Of a stretch of 64,000 bases of DNA, positions 1 to 13,500 are shown piece after piece. The DNA is from Chrysomallon squamiferum (Eukaryota; Animalia; Mollusca). The translations under genes were made by a program, and so were the position numbers. Position 1 is the first letter of the stretch, and every line of letters begins with the position of its first letter. The notes beneath the pieces are model-generated. The model had not been told where the DNA came from. It searched no databases and saw only the letters and a list, made by a program, of their open reading frames with translations. The stretch covers positions 992,001 to 1,056,000 of the forward strand of contig CM022675.1 of NCBI GenBank assembly GCA_012295275.1, given 5' to 3'.

Positions 1-240
1 GAAATGGAAATATTATTTAGTTATTTTATAACTTTAGGTGTTTAAAACTACTGTATGAAATGGAGATATTATTTAGTTATTTTATAACTTTAGGTGTTTA
101 AAACTACTGTAAGAAATGGAAATATTATTTAGTTATTTTATAACTTTAGGTGTTTAAAACTACTGTATGAAATGGAAATATTATTTAGTTATTTTATAAC
201 TTTAGCTGTTTAAAACTAGTGTAAGAAATGGAGATGTTAT
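1..240. repeat. 56-bp minisatellite (>=4 copies) abutting a Duox splice acceptor
   Basis: gaaatgga.. recurs at 1, 57, 113, 169 and 225. Confidence 0.9.
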
Positions 241-250
241 TTTGTTTCAG

Positions 251-379
251 CATGTGTGCTAGCTGCGTACATCTTGGCTAAGTGTAAACAATGGAGACAT
301 CGAATGAGAGTGAAAGAAGCAACGGAGGAGAAAGAGAGAAAACGAATTTTACGTCGAACTCTTTCATCCAGCATTTCAG
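251..379 (+). CDS. Duox: Duox exon: end of post-peroxidase TM helix and basic stop-transfer segment
   Basis: tttcag|..cag|gtattt; [42 protein letters not shown]. Confidence 0.85.
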
Positions 380-3300
380 GTATTTCTACTTCAGAAATTC
401 ATTTACTAACTACACATTAAAATAAACTGTTGTTTGTTTATATAGACTTCTCCAGTTACTAAACATTTAAATAAACTGTTGTTTGTTTATATAGACTTCT
501 CCAGTTACTAAACATTTAAATAAACTGTTGTTTGTTTATATAGACTTCTCCAGTTACTAAACATTTAAATAAACTGTTGTTTGTTTATATAGACTTCTTC
601 AGTTACTAAACATTTAAATAAACTGTTGTTTGTTTATATAGACTTCTTTAGTTATTAAACATTTAAATAAACATTTGTTTGTTTATATAGACTTCTTCAG
701 TTACTAAACATTTAAATGAATTGGTTTATTTATATAGACTTCTTCAGTTACTAAACATTTAAATAAACATTTGTTTGTTTATATAGACTTCTTCAGTTAC
801 TAAACATTTAAATAAACTGTTGTTTGTTTATATAGCAATCTGTTCTTTGTAGAAATGAGAATAATTAAAAAATAAATAAATATCTAAACAAGAATACATA
901 AATATTTTAACATGAACAGATTTTAAAAATGATATTTAAAAAAAACATTTTTAATGTTTTTATTTTATTTTTATTTATTATTTTTACAAATAATAATGTC
1001 AGTATGTGAAAATTTGTTATAATTCAGTTTAATGTTAACAGTTATTAATTATCATGCATACATTTTTATGTCATTATGAAAATGTTAATGGTGTAATGAG
1101 TGAATGATCATTACATCTTAATATTATCTTAATATTATCAGCTGTCATATACAGTTTTAGTAAAATGTTGATAACAATGATTACAGAATATTTCTATAGA
1201 CCCACCTTAATTCTTTTTAATACTAACATTTCTTTGTGAAATATATTACGTTTAAACATCATCTGATATATAATAGCAAAGTTTAATGTTAATTAGCCAT
1301 AGTCTTAGTAAGAATTAATTTTGATCAAAATGATTGAATATTTTACACTGACACCTGAATATATTTTAAAAAGATGTTGAATGTTTTATGATTTACATAT
1401 ATAAACGTAATCTTAAACCCACTGTTGAGAAATAAAAATAACCCAAATAAAATATAACTGAGAAAAGTTTTTCATTGAGATATCTATTATTTGATAACCA
1501 AGGAGATGTATTGTACATATTGGCTTAGAACAAAAGTTCATAGCATTTAAACCAGTTCATCACCTAGAAAGATGCCAAATAGCGTGAGGATGGAATTATG
1601 AAGTGTCTCAGAGATGGCAAATGGAGATGAAAAACAAAATGGCAGATATGTGCTTGAATCAATATACAAATACCTAAATACTATCTTTGAAGTTCATTTT
1701 AAAAATGCTATGTCGAATAAACTTGTGTAATTTTCTTTATATTTCACTTAAATAAATGCTATAAACTTTTGTTCCAGTCTAATAGACCCAGAAAACAGCA
1801 CATACCATCATCACCTTTGTTAAATCAGCCACAAAATATTGCACTGTATTGTACTGTAAGAGTTCTATTATGTTACTGTTCTTTTCTAAAAGTGTTATAG
1901 TGCATACAACCAACATTATTACTAATTTAGTAACGCAACTAAAGTTACTGGTAGCAGTAAATATCCGATATTGTGTTTGATGTCTAATGGTGTTTCTGGG
2001 ACTTTTGTCCAAGTGTTTGGCTTTTTCCTTTCAGTTCACGACGCACATGAATGGACAAGCAGGAAGGAGCAGAGTCGCAGTGTGGAACTGCATCTGACGT
2101 CAAACGGAACACTGGAAGTTTTCAACTCTTCGGGAACACATCTGCGAACACTTAAACTACTCAATCTCAACCTTGTCAACATCTGCGTCAGCATCAACAA
2201 GGGTCGTAACGTGATGCTGATTCATGTACCAAAGGAATACGATCTCGTATGTGTATATGTGTTTCTTACTTTTGCTTTTCTTTATTATTTTAAATTATAC
2301 TTCATGTTTGGTTTATGTTTGCTTGTTTAAATGTTATTTGTTTTATTTGTTTATATATATGTGGGGATTTTTGTTTCGTTTTTCTAGCATATTTATTTCT
2401 ATTTGTTTATTTTTAATTTACTAGCTTATTTATTTGTTAACTAATTTATAAATTTAGTTGTTTGCTTGTTTATTTTTTAACTTATAATTATTATTACTCT
2501 ATTAGTTTATTTATTTATTTATTTATTTAGTTGTTTTGTTGTTTGCTTGTTTATTTATTTGTAATTATTACTGTATTTATTGTTTGCTTATTTATTTAGT
2601 TAGTTGTTTTGTTGTTTATTTACATATTTGTAATTATTACTCTATATATTTGTTTGTTTATTTATTTATTTAGTTGTTTTGTTGTTTGCTTGTTTATTTA
2701 TTTATTTGTAATTATTACTCTATTTATTTGTTTGTTTATTTATCTGTTATTATGTATTACACTGACAGTTTGTTTGTTTGTTTGTTTATTTATTTATTTA
2801 TTTATTAGGTGGTAGAGTTTGCCAATGAAACTGCTAGAGGACAGTTTGAACAATCTCTGACATCTTTCTTACAAAGTTACGATGTTCCTTTTGCATTCAA
2901 CGATGCCAAACTTTCAGAAATATATGATGTTGCCACAACCAAACAAAAAAGGAATGCACAGCTGGAAAAATTCTTCAAAACTGTCTTCGCTGAGGTAGGA
3001 AGTTTTCATTTTCCATTTGTTTCATTGAAAGACTAGTAAAATTGTTATGTATTACTAACCAAACATGAAGAAAAGAAATTGATAAATTTAGACCTAACAA
3101 CTGAATGTGTAGAAATGTTTTACTAATAATGATTATTGTGTCTGACATATGATTTTTTTATTATGATGTTTTTAAATAATGAATATTTATTTGATAACCC
3201 CACAAATTGTCTTGTTATTAACAGTTATCATTCACAAGGCATTTTGGTTTTCTTAGAACATGAGAGCAAAAAATACAGTTTTGTGATTAAATTTGTTATT

Positions 3301-3568
3301 ATGAGTGGAACACACCATTACCTGTTATTTCAAAGAATTCATATAAATTAGCAACAAGACATTTTATATAAGCATCTTCCCACACACAGGAAAACACACA
3401 TAAGTTTTAGATAAATGTATGTTAATAGATAAAATAAAATATCATTAAGTAATTTTTTGAGTATTTCTGATATATGGAGTTTATTTTTATGACATAAAAA
3501 AAAAAAAATAAATAAATAAATAAATAAATAAAAATAAAAAATAAAATAAAATAAAATAAATAAATAGA

Positions 3569-3615
<47 letters not shown>

Positions 3616-4534
3616 AATAGAAATGAAAACAAAATTAAATAAAAAACAAATTTATGTTTTATTATTTATTTTTTAACTTTCTAAAAGATACCCAGAATAG
3701 GAGAAGGTCCACTGTGTTTGGCAACCAAAATCAGACGAGCAAGTATTGATGTTGTACACCCCCCACAGAATGCACCCTCCCTTTATTATTTTTCAGCTGA
3801 TTTCACCTGTTGTTGTGTTTAGTTTCACTGTTTATACCATTAAATAGTGTATTAGTATTGTTTTCTAGAAAATTAATATTATTCATTTTAAAAAGTATCA
3901 AAAAAAAAAAAAAATGTAACTGATTATAGACCTTCAGTGACAAGGATTTGAACCCTAATCTTCAGTTTGAGATCTGAATCCACTAACTGATCTCCTTTTC
4001 ATGCTGCAGTTTTATTAAACATTCATTCATTCATTTTTCACTCTCAAATTAGCTAATAGCAACAGAACACTTTAGTACAAATATCAATGCGAATTGTATT
4101 TATACTTGTGTGTTGCTTAATTTGTCGAGTATTTTTCATTTAGATTTTATGTTATTAGTTATTTCATCTCCATTATAAATTTTCATTATCATACATAATT
4201 AGAGTATGAATTTTAATAGATGTACTTTGATTAAAAAGTATCAATTTATTATATATTTATACACTGTTAGGAGGAAATTTACTAATGTAATATGCTGCAT
4301 TTCAGTATAGTGTTTCATATGGTTTATAAATTTGGGATTAATTTCCACGAAAAGCCATATCCATTGGCATAAAACAATGTGAAAAATGTCTGTTGCCAAA
4401 ATTATTTTTGATTATTTAAAAAACATATAAGAATGAGCTAATTCGTAGAAGCATATATGCATGCACACATTTATACATATGCAGACACATACATAATAAT
4501 AACAATAACAATAATAATAACAGTAATAATAATG

Positions 4535-4580
<46 letters not shown>

Positions 4581-5330
4581 CAATAATGATAATAATAACA
4601 GTAATAAAAAAATAATAATAATGATGATGATGATGATGATGATGATAATAATAATAATAAAATATTTAATTTTCAGGCATTTCAAATGGACTATGACCCA
4701 GCTCTGGATGCCACACAGTTGGACATGAAGAAACAGTCAAAGGAAATTTTAGAATGTGAACTTTCCAAGGTTTGCTTGTTTCTCATGCAATGTGTATATC
4801 TGTATCCACCTTCGTTTAAACACACATTTGTATATAGATACATTTTCTCATATATACACAGATATAAATTCAGATACACACACACACAGACACACACACA
4901 CACACACACTTGTACACACAGACACACACAGATACACACTCATACACATACACACACAGACATTCTGATTTATAATTTTTCTGTTACAGGAAGAATTTGC
5001 TGAGGCTCTGGCTGTTAATTCTACCTCAGACTTTGTTGAACATTTCTTCAGTTTGATCGACTCAGATCAAAATGGCTACATCTCTTTTAGAGAGTTTCTT
5101 AATGCTGTTGTCCTTTTCTCTAAAGGTAAATGACATTAAAACTCTCTTATTTGCTTTCTTATTGTTTGGATATTTGATTTTTCCTTGCTGATATTTTTAT
5201 TGTTTTCCCATTGTTATCATTTTTGTCTGATGGAAAAGTGATTTAAAAATAAAATTTCAGAAAAAGTAATTGATGTTAATGCTTGCATGTGTGTGTGTTT
5301 GTGTGTGTGTGTGTATGTGTGCATGTGCAC

Positions 5331-5383
<53 letters not shown>

Positions 5384-7828
5384 ACCCAGATAGTGTATTT
5401 CTGAGTACAGACATAAAACAGAAGAAGAATTCTCATCCATTTTAATTTAACGTTTATTTATACTAAACCAGTGATTTTTATTTGTCCACAGCTTGTATGG
5501 TTTTAGACATGACAAGAGGTTTATTTTTGTATTTGTACAGGGTCTTGCCAGGACAAACTGCAAACTCTGTTCTACATGTATGACACAGATGGCACTGGTA
5601 TAATGAGCAAAGGAGAAATCTGCCAGATGTTCAAGTAAGTAAAACTTTGAACGTTTGTTTAAAATCTGTGAAAACCCCCCACAGAATTTGTTAATTTGTT
5701 CTCTATTTCATTGTTTTGTTATGTTCATTTAATAATTTTAATACTTTTGTTTCATTATTTTTATTGTGTTAATATAATAATTTATTCTGTAAATTTGATG
5801 TTTTTAAGTTAGTTAAAATTAAAAAAGAGCAGTTTTTGTAAATATTTCCCTGTGACATATAGAATTTAACATAACAGAAGCAAAACTAAGTCAGAAGTCA
5901 ATGAACAATCAGTACTAGAGTAGTTATTAAACAGATATTGTTATTTCAGATCTATGTTAGAGCTGGCACAGAGCAACCTGGAGACAGATGATGTAGAGCA
6001 GTTATTAAATAGATATTGTTATTTCAGATCTATGTTAGAGCTAACACAGAGCAATCTAGAGACAGATGATGTAGAGCAGTTATTAAATAGATATTGTTAT
6101 TTCAGATCTATGTTAGAGCTAACACAGAGCAATCTAGAGACAGATGATGTAGAGCAGTTATTAAATAGATATTGTTATTTCAGATCTATGTTAGAGCTGG
6201 CACAGAGCAATCTAGAGACAGATGATGTAGAGCAGTTATTAAACAGATATTGTTATTTCAGATCTATGTTAGAGCTAGCACAGAGCAATCTAGAGACAGA
6301 TGATGTAGAGCAGTTATTAAACAGATATTGTTATTTCAGATCTATGTTAGAGCTAGCACAGAGCAATCTAGAGACAGATGATGTAGAGCAGTTATTAAAT
6401 AGATATTGTTATTTCAGATCTATGTTAGAGCTGGCACAGAGCAACCTGGAGACAGATGATGTGGAGCAGTTATTAAATAGATATTGTTATTTCAGATCTA
6501 TGTTAGAGCTAGCACAGAGCAACCTAGAGACAGATGATGTAGAGCAGTTATTAAATAGATATTGTTATTTCAGATCTATGTTAGAGCTGGCACAGAGCAA
6601 CCTGGAGACAGATGATGTAGAGCAGTTATTAAATAGATATTGTTATTTCAGATCTATGTTAGAGCTGGCACAGAGCAACCTGGAGACAGATGATGTAGAG
6701 CAGTTAGTGGAGTCTCTGGTAGAGCAGGCTGGGCTGGCAGGGAAAACTGAGTTTAAGTTTGAAGATTTCTACCAGATTTTGTCCTCACAGATGGATAAAC
6801 TGTGGAATGCTTCTATTGATTGGAAAGGTACTGAAAAATTAATCTACATGACATATATTTGATATATAGATATATAAAACAAAATAAAAGATACATTTTC
6901 TCTTTAGTTTTAATGTACATGACATATATATAACACATATATATTTACCTGAGGTAAATTTTCTATTTACTTTTAATATATATATATATCATAATAGATA
7001 TTTATTTTCACATTTTTTTCTGTTTATTGCAAGTTACACATCATAAACTAAAATTTGTGACATTCATAAATATTCTGTTCATATTCACATAAATTTTGTT
7101 TTCCATCATCTGACACTGACAATACCAGTGTGTAGGTTTTATAAATTATATTTAACTGTGAATATTTTCAGGCATCAAGAATTGTTTGCCCTGTGAGAGA
7201 AAAGCCTCCAGTGATACAAAACCCAAATTACAAAAACAGCAGTAAGCCTCTTACATTGTCTCTCTTACTCTGAGACTCAGTCTGATGTGTCTGTCTTATA
7301 AATACATGTTACACAGTGTTTGGTACACAGTATTTTATATCCTGATATACAGATACATATACACACATACACACAACACATACATACATATACATACAGA
7401 CAGTCATACACATATACACAGACTCACATATACACCCCCCCAGATACACACACGCTTTCCCTTATTCTCCATTTATCTTTCAATTTTATCTTCATAGGTC
7501 TTATCTTCTCTCTCTCTCTCTCTGTGTGTCTCTCTCTTTGTGTCTCTCTCTGTGTCTCTCTCTGTCTCTGTCTCTCTCTGTCTCTCTCTCTCACCATCTC
7601 TCTCTCTCTCTCTGTGTGTGTCTGTCTCTGTCTCTCTCTCTCTCTCTCACCTCTCTCTCTCTCTCTCTCTGTCTCTCTGTCTGTCTCTGTCTCTCTCTCT
7701 CTCTCTCTCTCTGCTCTCTCTGTCTCTCTCTCTATTACTATATTTATATTTGAACTGTTTCAGCAGTGAACCAGATCTGAGACAACATCTCACTTTAGCA
7801 TCAACAAGTAGCAGCACTGGATCAACAA

Positions 7829-7861
<33 letters not shown>

Positions 7862-8360
7862 TCACTATATTTATATTTAAACTGTTTCAGCAGTGAACCA
7901 GATCTGAGACAGCGTCTCACACTAGCATCAACGAGCAGCAGCACTGGATCAACGAGTCAGGTGCTGCACAGCTTCGCGACGGTAGCGGTGAGGGAGAAGT
8001 ACACCCCGGTGAAAGCCAAGATGAAGATGGTGAAGCACTTCGTGGAGAACTACCGTGCCCACATCTTCTTCCTCATCCTCTTCAGCGGAGTTGTCGTTGG
8101 TGTGTTTGCAGAGAGGTTCTATGGTAATATGACAATTATAACTCTATTCTTCTTCGTTGTCTTCTAATTGTTGTTGTTATTTGTTATTATTATTATTAGT
8201 GTTAGTGTTATTATTATTATTATTATTATTATTTATTATTATTGTTATTTTTTTTATTAAATTATTATTATTATTATTATTTTGATTATTAAATTATTAT
8301 GTTATTATTAATATTATTATTAATATTATTTATTATTATTATTATTGTTATTGTTATTAA

Positions 8361-8422
<62 letters not shown>

Positions 8423-10535
8423 CTTATTTTTTATTTATTTATTTTTATTTTTTTTAAATTGTTTTTCTTACCTGTATAGATTCTATTAGTGTATATAACA
8501 ACAATAAAGTTTTAATACGCTTTAGCTACAGCTGAAAATTAAACAAAGAAACACACAAAGGGAGATTAACATAAAGAAGAAATGAAGGGTTACAAAATAT
8601 CTCACTTTTTATTTTAGAATAAATGTAAAACATTCCTCTGACAAAAACAAAAGTGGCTTTCTTTTAAGTGATTTAAAAATAAGTGTTTTAAATCTTCTAT
8701 ACTATATTAAATATTACAGAATACCTCTTTCTAAATTTGTTTGTTAACATATATGTTAAATATTAATTCACTTTTCAATGAGATGAAAAAAGAAAAAGAG
8801 AAAGAAGATTTTATTTTAAATGATTTAAAAATAAATGATTTAAACCTTTTATGATAAAATTACAAAATACTTCTTAATATTAAGGAGTATGAAATAAAAT
8901 ATAAAAATATATAAAATATTAACTTTTTCTGTTCAGTGTACACTGTTGAACGAGAGGAAAGCGGATATCGTCAGGCAATGAATTATGGGATATCGTTAAC
9001 AAGAGGTGCAGCAGCATCCATGTCATTCACATTTTCACTGCTGCTGTTGACGATGTGTCGTAACACCATCACCTTCTTGCGCAGCACCTTTCTCAACTTC
9101 TACATCCCCTTTGACTCCCACGTATCATTTCACAAGATTGTAGCTTGGACGGCCATTTTCTTCACAGGTAAACCACTTTGTGCATTTTCTATAGGAAATA
9201 GTTCATATTTCAAATTAATTTTTCATTAATGTATACAGGACAAGTTGTATTTTATCTTTATCTGAGGTTTATTAGAGAAACATGATGTAAATGGCTTGCA
9301 ATGATACATTTATATAAAATTTCATGATAACAAATAAAAGCAAGTTACAATCTATCTTGTTAGTGATGAATGAATGAATAGGTGGAACAACGAATTGACG
9401 GATAGATAAATAAAAGAAGGTAAATTTGTCATTGCTGTGTTACTTATGTGTAAAAATGAAATATTATTTTATTAATTTAAACAGAAATATAACAAAATAC
9501 AAAATATTAGATTATATTTCATAAAGGTACATTTTGAGGACACTGAAATCTGCAGAAAGCTAAGACAGTATTTTTATGATACAGCTTACCAAATGATATA
9601 ATTAATTTGCTTAAAATTCTTGAGTGTATGTACTGGATACAATACTGGATACAGTTTTAATGTATCTAATGATACTATTTTACATGTACTGGATACAGTT
9701 TTAATGTATCTAATATTACTATTTTACATGTACTGGATACAGTTTTAATGTATCTAATATTACTATTTTACATGTACTGGATACAGTTTTAATGTATCTA
9801 ATGGTACTGTTTTTCAGCTCTACATGTACTGGATACAGTTTTAATGTATCTAATGGTACTGTTTTTCAGATCTACATGTTCTGGGATACAGTTTTAATGT
9901 ATCTAATGGTACTGTTTTTCAGCTCTTCATGTTCTGGGATACAGTTTCAACTTGTACTCTCTGGTGACTCTGCCCAGCAGATTTCTCTGTATGTTTGACA
10001 GCGCCATGTTTCGTGCAGAGTTCATCCCAACTTTTGCTTTCTGGTGTTTTGGTACAATGACAGGTTAGTACTCCATTTTTCATTTATTTATTTATTTACT
10101 TATTTACTTATTTATTTTAATTTTGAATTTTTAACATATTCAAGCCTTAGAATGAATAAATGAACAAATCAATGTACAGGTAGATGAATAAATAAATGGC
10201 TGATGGGTGGATAGATGAATGGATTAATATGTGGATGAATAAATGAATGAATGAAAAGGTGGAAGAATGAATTAATGGATAGATGAATTAATGAATGGAT
10301 GAAGGAAAAGTTGTCATTGCTGTATATTACCATATTAATTTAAACATATTTTGAATGTAATTGATCTGAAGGCTAATAATAATTGACACAATTAATGTTT
10401 AAAGAATACCACATTATATTTTAATAACATCAAGTATCAAATGTTCTGAATAATACTGTTAAACACAAATAATCTTTTTTCTAAATTAAAAAAATATATA
10501 TATAAATAAATAAATTAAAAAAACTAAAAAAATAA

Positions 10536-10587
<52 letters not shown>

Positions 10588-13500
10588 AAATTGTGTATTT
10601 CAGGTTTCACTGGAGTACTTCTTGTACTACTTCTCTGCATCATGTACATCTTCGCCACGCAGACGGCACGACGTCACATCTTCAACCTGTTCTGGTTGAG
10701 TCACAAACTCTTCATCATCATGTACATCCTCACCATACTGCACGGCATTTCAGTCCTCGTACAGAAGCCTCTCTTCTATGCATACTTCCTCGGCCCCGCC
10801 ATCCTCTTCACGCTAGACAAGATGGTCAGTCTGAGTCGCAAGAAAACCCAGATCAGCATCGTCCATGCCGAAAATTTACCTTCAGGTAATTTATTCTTGT
10901 TTTATATATGTATGTTACAGATATCAAAACTAAATATAAAATTTAATTTTAAATATTGTTATGTTAATATTTATTGTAGTATTCAGTATATTGTACATCA
11001 AATATATGTCACATATATTAAAACTAAATAGAAAAAGTACCTTCTAATATTATTTTAATATTATTTGTAATTTGTAATATATTTTATATCAAATGTATGT
11101 CATAGGTGTCAGAAATATATTATACATGAAAATTGTACTTAAAAATTTACTTTGATATATTATAATATATTATTGCTTATTATACATGGTGGTATATCAG
11201 ATATTTATTGAATACATCAAAATTAAACTAAAAACTATAGCAACAAGTTATCTTGTTATATTATACTTTTTAAATTCAGTTCTATATCAAAACTAAAGTG
11301 GAATCTTTACATTTAATGTGTATTATTATGTTATAATTTCTAGCAGATTGTTTTGAGTTGAATATTAATATATTATTTTTATAAAGATACAAATGCTGAA
11401 AAATTATTTTTATAAAGTTACAAATACTGAACAAATGTTTTTATTAAGTTAAAAATACTATAAGAATATTTTTACAAAATTACAAATATCAAATAACAGT
11501 TTTACTCCAAGTTATAGTTGAATGATGATTAAAGATTTGATGAAAATATTAATTTACATTAAATATAAACTATAGATGTGACAATGATAGAGTTCAAGAG
11601 ACCCTCTAAGTTTGAGTACAAGTCAGGACAGTGGGTGAGGATTGCATGCCTCTCCCAGGGCAAGGACGAGTACCACCCGTTCACTTTGACGTCCGCACCA
11701 CATGAAGACACTCTGATGATCCACATTCGAGCCCTGGGTCCTTGGACGTGGAACATCAGACAGACGTTTGATCCAGACAACCTCAAAGATAACCAGTACC
11801 CAAAGGTGAGTCAGTAGTAGGATGAATACATGTGTGCTAACATGACAGTGATTATAGTAGTGTATACGAAGGTGGGTCAGTGAATACATGTGCTAACATG
11901 ACAGTGATTATAGTAGTGTATACGAAGGTGGGTCAGTGAATACATGTGCTAACATGACAGTGATTGTAGTAGTGTATGTATACTGAAGGTGGGTCAGTGA
12001 ATACATGTGCTAACATGACAGTGATTATAGTGAAGGTGGGTCAGTGATTACATGTGCTAACATGACAGTGATTATAGTAGTGTATACGAAGGTGGGTCAG
12101 TGAATACATGTGTGCTAACATGACAGTGATTGTAGTAGTGTATACGAAGGTGGGTCAGTGAATACATGTGTGCTAACATGACAGTGATTATAGTAGTGTA
12201 TACGAAGGTGGGTCAGTGAATACATGTGTGCTAACATGACAGTGATTATAGTAGTGTATACGAAGGTGGGTCAGTGAATACATGTGCTAACATGACAGTG
12301 ATTATAGTAGTGTATACGAAGGTGGGTCAGTGAATACATGTGCTAACATGACAGTGATTATAGTAGTGTATACGAAGGTGGGTCAGTGAATACATGTGTG
12401 CTAACATGACAGTGATTATAGTAGTGTATACGAAGGTGGGTCAGTGAATACATGTGTGCTAACATGACAGTGATTATAGTAGTGTATAAGAAGGTGGGTC
12501 AGTGAATACATGTGCTAACATGACAGTGATTGTAGTAGTGTATACGAAGGTGGGTCAGTGAATACATGTGCTAACATGACAGTGATTATAGTAGTGTATA
12601 CGAAGGTGGGTCAGTGATTACATGTGCTAACATGACAGTGATTATAGTAGTGTATACGAAGGTGGGTCAGTGAATACATGTGTGCTAACATGACAGTGAT
12701 TATAGTAGTGTATACGAAGGTGGGTCAGTGAATACATGTGCTAACATGACAGTGATTATAGTAGTGTATACGAAGGTGGGTCAGTGAATACATGTGTGCT
12801 AACATGACAGTGATTATAGTAGTGTATAAGAAGGTGGGTCAGTGAATACATGTGCTAACATGACAGTGATTGTAGTAGTGTATACGAAGGTGGGTCAGTA
12901 AATACATGTGTGCTAACATGACAGTGATTATAGTAGTGTATACGAAGGTGGGTCAGTGAATACATGTGCTAACATGACAGTGATTGTAGTAGTGTATACG
13001 AAGGTAGGTCAGTGAATACATGTGCTAACATGACAGTGATTATAGTAGTGTATACGAAGGTGGGTCAGTGAATACATGTGCTAACATGACAGTGATTATA
13101 GTAGTGTATACGAAGGTGGGTCAGTGAATACATGTGCTAACATGACAGTGATTGTAGTAGTGTATACGAAGGTGGGTCAGTGAATACATGTGCTAACATG
13201 ACTGATTATAGTAGTGTATAAGAAGGTGGTGGTAAAATGTGTCTGTCTATGTGTGGATGAGTGTGTGACAAGGTGAAATATTGTAGTGACTGCACAGGTA
13301 AGTGGGCTTTACTGATTATAGTAGTGTAGATGAAGGTGGTGGTAAAATGTGTCTGTCTATGTGTGGATGAGTGTGTGACAAGGTGAAATATTAGGTGACT
13401 GCACAGGTAAGTGGGTTTACAGGTGTGTGATGAGTGGATAAACTGGCGGTGAAGTAGATAATTGGATTATGTTTATAAAATGGTGAATAGCAAGGGATTA

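Noticed and set aside
5954-6862. 302-aa ORF as a standalone repeat protein
   Set aside because: It is the amplified intron/exon junction of a Duox exon, and its end runs past a donor into intron.
11803-13230. Regularly spaced repeats resembling a CRISPR array
   Set aside because: Units are head-to-tail with no unique spacers, lie in a eukaryotic intron, and there are no cas genes.
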